In this document: positions 13,363-26,129 of the stretch, piece after piece | How the letters are laid out: every line of letters begins with the position of its first letter | Position numbering within the stretch: position 1 is the stretch's first letter | NCBI GenBank assembly: GCA_964016885.1 | Contig: OZ024746.1 | Span: forward strand, 89,342,001-89,406,000 | Source of the DNA: Eledone cirrhosa | Lineage: Eukaryota | Reading direction: 5' to 3' | DNA length: 64,000 bases | Translations under genes and position numbers: made by a program | The notes under the pieces: generated by a model | What the model was told of the DNA's origin: nothing | Seen by the model: only the letters and a program-made list of their open reading frames with translations | Database searches by the model: none

Positions 13363-15475
13363 TTAATAACTCATATATTTGTAATGTTTATCTATAAACT
13401 CAGAAGAAAGGGTAGGGAGTTATAAAAACGTTGCATTGCTTGGATAAATGATATTAGGTGTATGTTTTATTTCTCTATATTGTAAACAAACTTGGTAATC
13501 ATAGTAATCCTCAGGGAACTGGCGTTTCCAGCAAATGTACTGTCCAATGTCAATAAAAAAAACGTGTTTATCAATCTAATGAGTAGAAATACGATTGGCA
13601 GCTGAAACTGTTAAGTAGCGGATACATTAGTTCAGATATTTAAACAGATACCTTTATCTATAGCATTTAAATTAGTTTTATTGGTATCTCTGAGTTCCTG
13701 AAGAAAAGGCAAGCAATAACACAATGTGACTAAGCAAATATAAGAAATCATTATTTGTCTCGGGAATTTCGTAGAACAACATTAAGTAAATAATATATTA
13801 AGTGCCCGAAATTGAATACATTGTTCCATTGTTTTAAAAATATAATTTAGGGAAACATAAACTTTCATGCTTATAGATGGATATTCTTCAGTTTATAATA
13901 AAAAGAAATCCAATCAGGAACGGTTATAATCGTAATAAACAACTGATTTTCTCTCGGCTGATTCAATTGTTACTGATAGAAAGTCACTCCCTATGACATC
14001 GCAAAATACTGACTAAGTAAAGAAAGTTTGGATATTAGACAATATAATCTAAAGTTGGAAACATACGAGATGAAAGTGACTGCATTTTGTTGAACGTTTA
14101 TCTGCTGGCTCAGAGTAGATGTTTGGCAAATCTGCAGCAACAACAAAATTATCAACATTAACAATATCAAAAACAACACAAATTGACTATTCGATTAAAC
14201 AAAACTAACAACAATCAATGGTAATATAAATTCATTTGAAATGTTTATAAAAAAATCAAGAGCTAAATTGCTTTTTTTAGATATCATCGTAAAGCGAACT
14301 GTGGTATATTTAGTAGGAATATTGACGTGTCTAATTATAAATATATAACAATAAAATAGAGCATAATGAAATAATAAAAGTAAAAAAACCAAAGCAAGCC
14401 TCTATAAAATACGGCGTCGAAAAACATTTTCATTCTATATTGCATTTGACCTTTCGTTCTTGACTACGTCAATTGTGTATGTAACGGCTATATATATTTT
14501 TAGTAATTCAGTTAGTGGCATTTTACTGAATGACGCTTAATCATAAAAAATATTCCCTTCCGGCACAATGCATTTTTATTCTTAGATTTTAGCCTTGACT
14601 TGGTAAACTCATGCGTATATTTCATCAAATTTAATACAATGAAAGGCAGAAAAACCAGCAGCAGAAACATTGATGGCGCCGCCATATGTATCTTTTTTAA
14701 GATCTTGCATATATTTTCCTTTGAATTTAAAATGTTCTTTCTCAAACAATAGATATAGGGATAATAGTGAGAAGGGTGATATTTTCTATATATTATGACT
14801 ATACACAAAGAAAGCTGTCAAGCTGTTTATTTCTTCATTCACAACGGAATTGTTTCATAGTCAATATACTTATTCACGAGAGAAATCTTATAGAAATTGT
14901 GTTCTACGCAATAAGAATAAAAGCCAAGATAGTTATAATAGGTTTAACACGTAGCAGTCAACGAATTTACTGCAATAAATTATGAATATTTACAATAAGA
15001 TGAGGTAATTCACCGTTGTAAATTTCAGATCTACTGTAAAATGAATGGAAAATGAATGGAAAATCCGCTGGCTGCAGTTCGTTGTTCAATTCTTACAGTA
15101 TAATATTACGCATTCAATAGATGAGCCCCTTAACCGCTAGTAGACTTGCTTTCGTCTGATTAACGAGATACAAGTGTCGACAATATGTTAAATGGTATTA
15201 GGTTCTGATTCAGCCACGTCTCTCTTTATACTCTAGATTCATAAGTATCAGTCAGTTCGAAACAATATAGTCCATTGTTGTTATTATTGCAGACTTTCTC
15301 CTAGGCGTGAGAATGTTGCTTCATTATTTTCACATTTTAGCATCTTACTGTAAATTAGGCGTTGTTCGTAGCAAATTAAATACCAACTTCTATTTCAGCT
15401 TTTAATCAAAAGAGTTTGACACAATGAATTTTCTGGCTAATTTTCATTAGTACAAATGAACTTCGTCGATCATTT

Positions 15476-16120
15476 TAACATTTCTCCTTGTATATTTTAT
15501 AACATTTTATAACTTTCTATTGGATTTTGCTTTTTAATCAATTGTTTGCTCATGATTTCTTCATATTATCTTATTCCAATAATTACGTAGTTCATTTGAG
15601 TTTCGTATTTGCGGTATTTCCCGATTTGCTTTGTAGTAATTTTCTCACAGAAAAGAAATATCAGTTCCGCATCAGCGATATAAATGCGTTCCAAGAAATC
15701 ATCACACAAGGCGATTTAATAATCTTCTTAACCAATGATCAGCTACATCCATTATGTACATTTCAAAGACGTCAAAATATATTCGAGGATACGCGTATAC
15801 AAAAGGAAAATAAAACTATTCCTATTAATATTTACACGCTTGTCTGACGAAAACACAGCAGATAATTGTTGCATAACAAGTATTTAATAGCTTTTCAAAT
15901 TTCAAATCTTAACTATAATAAAGGGAGGAGTGCGGGACTGCGTCCAGAATATATTTTTTATCCCATTAGTAAAATAAGTAGGTTTACTTTGAATAAATAA
16001 TGAATGAATATTACATAATATATGTATTAAATTTCGTAACACATAGTTAAACATAAATAATTTTATTGCATATTTCAAGATTCACTTCTTTTAAAAGCGT
16101 CAAATTTCAATATTTCCGGT
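15476..16120 (+). repeat. Segment duplicated at ~59135-59770, including the 5' part of a Helitron-like non-autonomous element
   Basis: Long colinear similarity, e.g. tttcgtatttgcggtatttcccgatttgctttgtagtaattttctcacag and ttaactataataaagggagg. Confidence 0.8.
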
Positions 16121-16192
16121 ATATCGCCAACACCACCACCATCAACACCACCACCACACCACGAATATATATATATATATATATATATATAA

Positions 16193-16558
16193 AGAATTCC
16201 AACTTTGTCTGATTTACTCGTTTTATTTACAATCCTTTAAAATTCATAACGATATTAGAATGAAATAGTATGGTAGAATATTAAATATTAAGTGTTAATT
16301 GAACAAGTACTTTCATGCTTTCGCAATCTTCAGGTTCATATTCTGTGATGACAGTCAAGTTTGCAATTCTCACAGTTGAAAATTACAAACTTGACTGGCA
16401 CCACAAAATATGAACCTGAAGATTGCGAAAGCATGAAAGTACTTGATCAATTATCACTTAACATTTAATATTCTACCATACTATTTCATTCTAATACCAT
16501 TATAAATTTTAAAGGATTGTAAATAAAACGAGTAAATCAGACAAAGTTGGAATTCCTT
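16193..16558. mobile_element. Fold-back element with ~170 bp arms, each carrying a hammerhead (16300-16338 -, 16411-16449 +)
   Basis: The arms are reverse complements. The motif reads tgaac-CTGAAGA-t-tgc-gaaa-gca-t-GAAA-gtac-TT-gttca. (TA)n lies on both sides. Confidence 0.85.
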
Positions 16559-16596
16559 TTATTAATATCATCTTCTATACACAATCATACACACCC

Positions 16597-16688
<92 letters not shown>

Positions 16689-16783
16689 CGAAGGAAATGT
16701 GGTAAGGAACCAGGTGGACCATAACGCACCAAAGTACTCAATACTTAGGGCAGTAGAGTGGGTAATAGGAACGAGTAAGACCC

Positions 16784-16872
16784 CGACGGCTGAGCTCAAG
16801 CCGTTTCGACGGCTAATTCTGGACTCAGCCGTCCAGAATTAGCCGTCAAAACGGCTTGAGCTCAGCCGTCGG
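16784..16872. repeat. GC-rich ~40 bp hairpin containing the 3' half of a hammerhead
   Basis: ccgacggctgagctcaagccgtttcgacggctaattctgga is followed by its reverse complement. The minus strand has c-GAAA-cggc...gccg-TC. Confidence 0.7.
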
Positions 16873-16958
16873 ATCAGTTTTATAAACAAATATTGACATA
16901 CCCTTAAAGTTGTAAAAATATTTGCTTGTTGTATCCCAACAAATTAAATATAAATTCT

Positions 16959-17025
<67 letters not shown>

Positions 17026-17379
17026 GAGCGAGAAAGAAAGAGAATGTGTGAAGAGAGAGATACAAAATGACTGTGACATATATATATATAGATAGTGAAA
17101 TAGAACTACTGTTTGTAAACAAAGCTAATTTCTCTCTCTCAGAGAGAGAGAGAGGGGGGGGGGGGAGAGATTGAAATGAAGAGATTAGAATGTTTTCAAC
17201 GCGCTGACGTGTGTGCGTATGTGCTGATACATACATTACAAGCAGGTAATTCACACATCTAGGACCGACCACATAGAACACACAAGCAGGCAATACATAC
17301 ATCTAGAACGAGATACAACAAAAGGCACGCGAAAGGGGTGGACAAACGAGCTACTACCAGATCAAATGATAACAAAATC

Positions 17380-18230
17380 AGGTGGAGCACTGGGAAATCT
17401 CTCTAATAATTTTTAAAGCAAACCAACACACCCGCAGCGTTACATCGGGTGAAGGAGAGGCTGAGGTACTAGAACAATCAAACGTGGAAGAGAACGTGAT
17501 GTTCTCAGAATACAGACGCTTGAGTCTCCGGTCGACAATGTTCAATGTTTTAAAGTTGGTCTTGTCCGGGAGTGACACCCAATCCTTTTTGAACTCATTG
17601 AACTCTGGGGTGTCTGGACTGGACATTGCTCCGAATAGTTGTTTCCACACTGCACACAAGATACGCTCCATGACATGGTGCAGACAAGCAAAATATAAAC
17701 ACCTATTTGTTGAGCATCTCTTCAGGTTTCACGTAGGCACCATTTTTCCATCCAGAATTCGAAGCAGTTGTGTCGAAGACCAAGCCCACCACAGACTCAT
17801 CAACATTCCAATCTTTAACAAGATCAAATGATGCTTTGGTGGCTTGGTGGTTCCAGTGCCATCAGGAATTATGGGAACACCGAGGAGTTTACCTTCTATG
17901 AAGTCCGGAGTTCCAGCAACTAGCACACCTAGCCTCTCGTGGTCACCAGGAATTATTTTGCCATCCCAATGAAAGGTAACACAGTCTGGTAAGCAAATTG
18001 TTCCTTTATGTGTTCAGCTCCCACAGTTCTGATCTTCTTAGCTGCACGTCTGCTAATATTCTTGGAGAGAGTTGTGGCGTCTATGTCAGTCCTACCCTCA
18101 GAAATAATCGATGCCATAAATGCTGTTCTCTGGCCCAATGTCAGGTTTAAACGATCAGCCATTAGAGAGATTTTTGGACTTTGAAATGGATTCTTTGGGA
18201 GTCGCTGCTGAATTTTTCGCTCGCTTCTTG
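17380..18230 (-). mobile_element. hAT-superfamily-like (hATm-type) transposase relic
   Basis: Motifs HWDGK, KLLGVP...DGTG, VFDTTASNSGWKNGA and ACLHHVMERIL, with frameshifts. Confidence 0.75.
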
Positions 18231-18611
18231 TCTGAACTTGTTTCTTACTTGTACGCCTTTATATTCAAAGCTGGTTTACTAAATATAATGGATTAATAAA
18301 ATAAACAATTATTGTATGGTAATATTTGGTTTCAGATTTTCATGATTTCATGCAATATAATCACACTTTCCACTATAATCACCATGAAATAGGCACGGCT
18401 CAAATTAATTTATTTTATGCAAAATATGTTGTATTTCACCAATTGGGCCATTTATAATGGGAAAGTACACAGGGAGCTTTAGTATTGTGAGCTTGCTTTT
18501 TATGGCACATGTATATAACCAAAGATTAATATGGTTCATTGATTACTCAATGAATATAGTTTTACAATAGATTAAAAGCACTCAACAAAAATGTTTACTG
18601 CAGTTATTAAT

Positions 18612-18890
18612 ATTATTTCGAATATTAATAAATGAAGACATTCACATAATCAAAATATGTTTTATTATATATATTTCGAAGGTACTGTGGTATTTTTTCA
18701 GTACGTCCTCGTCAGATAAAATACATGAATTGATGTATGACATACCTCAACAGTCTTGATGGTTCAATTCCAGGACTGCCAATACTGGAATTGAACTGAA
18801 AAAACACCACAGTAACTTCGAAATATATATAATAAAACATATATTTTGATTATGTGAATGTCTTCATTTAATTAATTTTCTGAATAATAT
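18612..18890. mobile_element. Fold-back element with an intact hammerhead in the left arm
   Basis: ~18612-18702 is inverted at ~18795-18888. Confidence 0.8.
18660..18721 (-). ncRNA. Minimal type I hammerhead ribozyme, intact core
   Basis: ttttat-CTGACGA-gg..gtactg/cagtac..c-GAAA-tatata-TA-ataaaa, with a 6 bp stem I and a palindromic stem III. Confidence 0.85.
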
Positions 18891-19261
18891 ATATATAGTA
18901 GAATAATCGAGAATCGGAATTTCAGCCCCCGAAATCACGATAAACAATATCCGATATATGTGGCAGAGGGCTCAATAATTTGGAAAAATCAGAGTTATAA
19001 CTATCGTTAAAATACAAACACATAGAGGTCATGCCTAAAATCACCCATGCAGCCGAAAATAAACGACCAGGAAGATTCGGGTCACTCAAATAAAATATCA
19101 ATAAATTAATAAATTAAATGAATGTAAAACTTACCCGGACCCGCTAGAATGATGTTAAATCTAGCTTCTTGGGTTTCTGCAATTCCTTAATCTGAACACT
19201 ATCAGCCCAATAAAAGATATATAAGGCTTACAGAGAAGATATATATATATATATATATATA

Positions 19262-19427
19262 TAGTGACGAAAAATAAGTCAATTGCATGAACTCATAATC
19301 CGTTATTTACTGCTATATATATTTCGATGATAGCCATTGAATGGCTATGAGCTCATCAGGCAGTTAGTCAGTTCTTAGATATGCCAGCTCTGTGTTTATA
19401 GTGTTGATGGTATCAGAGCCTTGGGAC

Positions 19428-19428
<1 letters not shown>
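19262..19428 (-). mobile_element. ~165 bp hammerhead mini-element inserted in (TA)n (copy 1 of 3)
   Basis: Near-identical to 33898-34063 and to the reverse complement of ~60118-60270. Confidence 0.88.
19309..19364 (-). ncRNA. Minimal type I hammerhead ribozyme, intact core
   Basis: actgc-CTGATGA-g..atagccat-tca-atggctat..c-GAAA-tatata-TA-gcagt. Confidence 0.88.
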
Positions 19429-19459
<31 letters not shown>

Positions 19460-19883
19460 ACAAACGTTTCTATTTACATACAAACGTTTCAATTTACATA
19501 CAAAGATTACAGTCATATTAAAGGACAAAAGTAAAGTTAAAATTAAAATAACAATAAAAATAAAACATTGGCAGTCTACTAAGATAAAGCAAGAGGATAG
19601 TTTGGAGTATTGGAGTAGCCAGTGTATGCAACAGTCACACATGAGGCATGCACGCATGTCCTATTTATATAAGATTATAGTGCGGCAGATTGTTACATGT
19701 AAAACAAGCAGTCAAAGCAGGCAATCAAGAGCATCATGGGGGCTGTACTGGTAAAGCGTTTTTCACAAACTAACCAATACTATTACTATTTTTTACTTAT
19801 TCCTAATTAAACTATTTTTCACTGGGAACAATATGTCAGCATTTTTGTTTCCGTTTACCAATATATCATAACTCATGTGTTAC

Positions 19884-19991
<108 letters not shown>

Positions 19992-20017
19992 ATATATATA
20001 TATGTATATGTATATAC

Positions 20018-20099
<82 letters not shown>

Positions 20100-20137
20100 G
20101 TTATATATATATACATATATATATATATACATATACA

Positions 20138-20196
<59 letters not shown>

Positions 20197-20934
20197 TTGT
20201 GTGTAACACATATATATATATAATGGGTGTGTGTGTGAGTGTGTCTACAACCGATTGTCTTTAGAATCGTTCTGGAGTGTACTAGATCTAATGCAAATGA
20301 CCATTGTAATTATAGTCGATCACTATAAATAACAATACTTCAACCGCTTTTCTCACTATGTGTTGTTCTTTGGTACTGCTATTTGTTTCGGCTTCCTGAG
20401 TTATATACATGGAAAAGAAGACGGCAAGAGTGATTATTGATATTTCCCCATAAAATGCTATTACCGAATCGTAGACACATTCTATTCTTTTTATTGGTTA
20501 TTGAATCTAAACCATGCATTGATTAATATTGCGATTTCTATGAACTTGTAATATATTGCCTAGATTAAAATATCGATTTTTCCGTCCCTTAGGTCACATA
20601 GTCTTCTCCAATTGATTCTTCTGGCTTGTGCATGAAAGCATTATTGATTAGTTTGAAATTGGAATAAAGTATATCAAATACGAAGCTGAACATGGTCAAT
20701 AATTACTTGTATATAACATTCCCTGTTGATCTACATAAGGTACAAAAAATACACGTCCTTCCATACCACAAGTCTTTAATCATGCTGATTTAAGAACAAG
20801 CACGTTGAACTACTGCTATATAGTGTTACATTTATCTCAACTCTTTATTTACCCATTTCAACAAATTCATCCAGGCTCAAGCTGAGATTTGTCCACAAAG
20901 CAAGAGTATTTGTGTTTTATTTGAATGTATATTA

Positions 20935-22000
20935 GACGTATATGAAATTACAAGTTATCTCTCTCCAAGTACAACCGTTGGTACGTCACACAGCGGATAC
21001 AATGTTTTTTCCATTGATCGTATCAGTACGGGAAGTCATTTTCTCTGAATGTCCCTAGCTTGTCGGTTACAATTTAATGAGCGTTCAACTTCCATTTCAA
21101 ATTAGAAGAGAGGTAGATATCATGCGGAGCTCGATCTGGGATGAAGGGAGGATGCAGAAGAGTGGAAATGTTTTTCTTCCCTAAAAAGTGTCTAAATCTA
21201 AGTGCTGTGTGAGCAGGCGCATTATCATGGTGCAGTACTCAGTTTCCTGTAATACCCTTTCGTACTCGCTTGATACTTTCTCGAAGTCGCTCCAAGATAT
21301 ATTTTTAGAAGGCGCGATTAACTGATTGTCCTGGAGGTAAAGGTTCTTTGGAACCAATAACATAATAATAAATATAATTATAAATTATAATTTACCAATA
21401 ATGAATTATAATTATCGTGTTCACTCGAGATTTGCTCATGCGTGTTTTCGTCGGACAAGGAGATTTTTTCGTGTACCTCTCATCACTTCGCCGTTTCGTT
21501 TCTGGATCATGCTCTAATAGCCATGTTTTATCTACTATTATTTTATCAAAGGCATTTGGCTCAATGTCCGGTCTTTCTAGTTAATCCTGACAAATTTCCA
21601 ACCAGTTCGCTTTTTGCTCTAGAGACAAGTGTCCGGGCACTAGTCTTGCATAATATTTTCGGCTGTGCAAATGTTCTGTTAAAATTCTGTGAAATGCATT
21701 TTTATCCAAGCCCAATTCTTCTACAATCTTCCTAACAATTAATCGGTGAACTTTCACCATCACGTCTCGAACCACTTTCATAATTTAATTTGTTGACGAG
21801 ATTGGCCTTCCAGAACAACGTACGATTTTAACATTTTCTCAACCTCTTTCCAAGCTTCGTGCCACTAAAATAAGTTGTTGCAAATAGAGTGACTTCTCCA
21901 TAAGATTGAGCTAAAGAATTAAATGTTTCGGTGGAAGATTTGTTGCGTTTCACTTAACATTTGAACGCGTTCATTTGTTCGATATTTTCCTGCATCGCAA
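20935..22000 (-). mobile_element. Mariner (Tc1/mariner) transposase relic
   Basis: Motifs RKIVEELGL...ARLVPGHLSLEQK and LHHDNAPAHT...HPPFIPDRAPHDIYL; degraded. Confidence 0.85.
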
Positions 22001-22329
22001 ACGTAACATAGGTTATAAATATGTCTGTACAAAAAAAAAGAAATAACCCACGACAGGCTCAATTGATCATGTTGTAACAAGTATGTACGTGCAGCCAAAC
22101 TCAAAGCCAACATGGGTATAGACATCAACGAGGTGCTGCGTTACAATGTCGTACATAAGAAAATGCGTAGCCCTAAATTTTGTACAAAATATCATTTTGA
22201 GACACACGTGTATACACAGACGCTCACATAAACATACATATATACATGGACAAACACGCACTCATGCACTAACAGGCATGTTCTCTCACACATGTAAGAC
22301 AATTCTATCTAAATATTCAAATGTCAAGG

Positions 22330-22900
22330 CATAATATATCTGTAATATCTGTTCAATATATTTCTAAATTTTCTGACAGTAATTAAAATTCACCTATTTT
22401 CCTTTCAATGATATTCTGTCTATGAAAAGGAAGTAAACGCCGTCATGATTGATATTTTAGTTCATCCATCAAACAGATGTGATTTAATTTTTATTTCGGA
22501 CTAATAAACAACTTCAGTATTCGAGATATGAAATTTTCACTCAAGAGGAATACGTGATAATATACTACAAGATGGAGGCACTCCAATGCGGTCTAGGTGA
22601 TAAAATATTCATAGGTACTGATCCCCTGAATTTTCCTTGTAACATTGGCAGGGAAAGATCATGTAATCCTAGATCAGCTACTTCTCTTCGTCTGAATACA
22701 AGATCATGTGGGAGTTCGCATTAGAGACTGCGTTGTCAGTAATACAAATTACCACCCTTGCCTGGTAATGTTTGTTTCTAAAACTAAGAAATAATTTATT
22801 TATTTCAAGAGTTAAATTGCAGGAGTAATTTGAGGCATTACATTAACAACAATTACAACACAGAAGGGAATTAATTTTGCGAGGAAATAGCAAACACATG
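22330..22900 (+). pseudogene. Possible endogenous viral L N-terminal (block I) fragment
   Basis: A ~75-codon open stretch (YVIIYYKMEALQCGLGDKIF...) followed by W*CLFLKLRNNLF...FEAL, weakly like L block I. The main support is collinearity with the downstream L pieces. Confidence 0.3.
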
Positions 22901-22992
22901 GATTATAATAACGGAAAACATAAAACACACACACAAACGCATACGCAGATTTATATATGTATATGATCAATAATACACAGACCTACATGTAT

Positions 22993-23057
<65 letters not shown>

Positions 23058-23097
23058 TAAATATATATATATATATTATATATAGAGTTATAATATA

Positions 23098-23260
23098 TAA
23101 GAAACACACGCACCAGTTGCTTTCACTCCAATTTATTATAAATTTAAAATTTTATAAATTTCCAGTTGGTTGGTTCCACCTGGAAATTTATGAATTTTTA
23201 AATTTATAATTTAATTTATAAGAAATTGGAGTGAAAGTTTCTGGTGCGTGTGTTTCTTAT
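23098..23260. repeat. AT-rich inverted repeat, the end of a TA-associated element family also seen at ~39300 and ~50100
   Basis: aagaaacacacgcaccag...ctggtgcgtgtgtttctt. The adjacent ttggcaacatgaccctcc recurs at 39302. Confidence 0.65.
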
Positions 23261-23359
23261 TGGCAACATGACCCTCCAAAAGTATAACAATATCGGTTTC
23301 AACACACGTTTTCAAATAAAGAATTTTGCTAAACAAATTCAGAAACGAAATATATATAT

Positions 23360-25925
23360 ATAAACGTTTGTATATGTATAATAAAGCCAAAACAATGCAG
23401 GTATGGAGATAGAATAAAGAATGCAATGCAAAAGATATGTTGACAATTAGTCTTTTACCTTAGATTTATTTAAATGTCCTTAATTTTCGAGATAATATCT
23501 CTTCTTCGGAGGGAAGTAAAGCGGTTTGAGCAGTGTTCTAAATAGCTTGCCAATGGTTTATAGTATCTGTTCTATCTCTAATGTCAAAGAGTTAAGGTTA
23601 GGTGGATAAAGAGTAGTCTCCCTTTAGAAGGTTTCTTTTGTACATGCCTGTTTAAGTGTGTGGGAGAATGTGTGAGGTGTAAGTATGTGTGTGTGTGAGT
23701 GTGAGAAGATATGTCTAAACGTAAATGTGGGGGATAGATGTTATTTCGTGTTAGAACTGGTCTTTGTGTGTGTATGTGTGTGTGTGAGATAGAATAAGTG
23801 GAGGTGTAAATGTGAGTGTGTCTGCGTGTGTGCGTGTGTGTGGGAGGGGGGGGCGTTGCAAATATGGGGCTAGATGCAATATCAAGTTATAAATTGGGTG
23901 TTGAGTTCTAGTCTATTATTGATTGGTGGTTGTGTTTTGTCTATAATTAGTGCTTCCTTAATTCTAAGATTGCCGAGGTTTCTTTCCTTAGTTTCTATCC
24001 TAACTGTTATGGTTTTGTCGGTGTTTTTGCATTTAACTAGGTGTTTCTTAAATGAGGAAGCGTTAGTATTGAGGTGTTCTTTTATTCTTATGTGGAGTGG
24101 TCTGGTGGTAGTCGTATTTTGCGTTAGTCGTATTTTCTCGTAGTCTCAGCGATGGTGGTATGACCTGTCTATAGCGGCGGAGATAACTCTGGACAGAGGT
24201 TCTGGGGTTTCAGCGAGTTGTAGTACAAGGCTGGAAATAGTCCGTATGTGTTGTTGTAACGTGCGGTGTAGGTGTTGTATGAGTTTTCTTAGGCAGAATT
24301 TTTGTATGTAGCTAAGTGATCGTTTGAGGCCTGGTGATTTGAAGGATGTTGGTAGGTGCAAGTTTCTGATAGTTTTGGGGATGGTGTTGTTATTCAGGCA
24401 TCGTTTAAGGAAGTTTATTTGGCAGCCGGCTTTGATACGCCTTTAGCCTCGACGTTGTCTCCCTCTACACTACAGTCCCCGCTCATCCAGCTGTCGATTT
24501 ATTGAAGGACTGCGTGGTCGCAGAGGACATCCACTGCTACGGCTTCCTTCCGACGGACATACACCAGCTTTTGTCCTTCACAATGGACAACACGTACCTC
24601 ACCTTCCACCACCACACATACAGACAGACAACAGGATTACCCATGGGATCCAGCCTATCGGGCCTGCTGGCCATCACCTATATGAACCAACTAGAATGCC
24701 GAGCCCTCAACACCTTCCATTCCCATACCTTCTTCACGCGATATGCAGATGACATACTCATCCTTACATCATCCCGTGAAGAGGCGGATGAAATATACAC
24801 AACATTCTCCAGCATGGACGCCAGTATAAAGTTCAGCATGGAACACCCCGATGACCGCGGATCCCTATTCCTACTGGACTTCCAACTCAGGGTAACAGAG
24901 GAAGGCAACATCCAAACTTGCTTCTATGCAAGGGCTGCCATCGGTCTTCCCAGCCAGCGCTAAGTTGGGATACATGGGGAACGAACTGGCACGTATCCGG
25001 AACAAATGCACCGACACTGGAGACCGAGACGCGCGCACCACACATTTCCTGGAAGTACCCAAACTGAACGGATACAGACATCCATCACAAACCGTGCCAG
25101 AAAGAACAGATGACACCACACCCGAGGCACTAATACTTGCTTCCTGGGGCTCCCACACTTCAGTGACGAAACAACAAGAGCCGTCCGCAGAGCTATCAGA
25201 CGAGAGGGACTAGATATCGAACTGGCCCACTCAGGTCCTTCTCTACGCGGACGGCTAACCAAAAGACACTCCACCAGACATGACAACCGCTGCGGGCTAG
25301 CCAACTGCCCCATCAACGACACAGACCTATGCCACCAGGCTTACGTCGTATACAGACTAGAGTGCGACAAATGCAACAACTTCTACGTAGGTAGCACAAC
25401 CAGACCACTCCACATAAGAATAAAAGTACACCCCAATACTAACGCTTCCTCATTTAAGAAACACCTAGTTAAATGCAAAAACACCGACAAAACCATAACA
25501 GTTAGGATACCAGTTCTAACACGAGATAACATCTATCCCCCACATTTACGTATAGACATATCTTCTCACACTCACACGCATACTTACACCTCACACATTC
25601 TCCAACACACTTAAACAGGCATGTACAAAAAAACCTTTTAAAGGGAGACTAGTCTTTAACCACCTAAACTTATCTCTTTGACATTAGAGATAGAACAGAT
25701 ACTCTATACCATTTCCTGTCAGCATGACTTGGCAAGCGCTTTAGAACACTGGTCTAACCGCTTTACTTCCCTCCGAAGAAGAGATATTATCTCGAAAATT
25801 AAGGACATTTAAATAAATCTAAGGTAAAAGACTAATTGTCAACAATATCTTTTGCATTTGCATTCTTTATTCTATGCCCATACCTGCATTGCTTTGGCTT
25901 TATTATACATATACAAACGTTTATA
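23360..25925 (+). mobile_element. Penelope-like retroelement with inverted pseudo-LTRs; RT plus GIY-YIG endonuclease, degraded
   Basis: RT motifs SLDVVSLYT, QTTGLPMGSSLSG and RYADD (24446-24960). GIY-YIG VVYRLECDKCNNFYVGSTTR at ~25345-25405. 23360-23760 is inverted at 25510-25925. The minus strand of 23885-24445 holds an ORF N-terminus (FLKRCLNNNTIPK) joined to the GIY-YIG C-terminus. Confidence 0.93.
25768..25805 (+). ncRNA. pLTR hammerhead variant (CCGAAGA core); mirror copy at 23477-23514 (-)
   Basis: cct-CCGAAGA-a-gagat-att-atctc-GAAA-at-TA-agg, identical in both pLTRs. Confidence 0.65.
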
Positions 25926-26129
25926 CCTCATTACACAATGCTTCAAGTGAACTATAACTTCCTCATATATATATATATATATATAAGGTGTGTGTGTGTG
26001 TGTTGTGTGTGTGTGTTGTGTGTGTATCTAAAAATAGATACAAACTGTTATTAGAATGCTGCTGAAGTGTGTATATACATGTTTTGGAGGACACCCTGTA
26101 TATATATATATGTTTGTGTGTGTGATCGA

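Noticed and set aside
17382-17831. 149 aa plus-strand ORF
   Set aside because: It is the antisense shadow of the hAT-like transposase relic.
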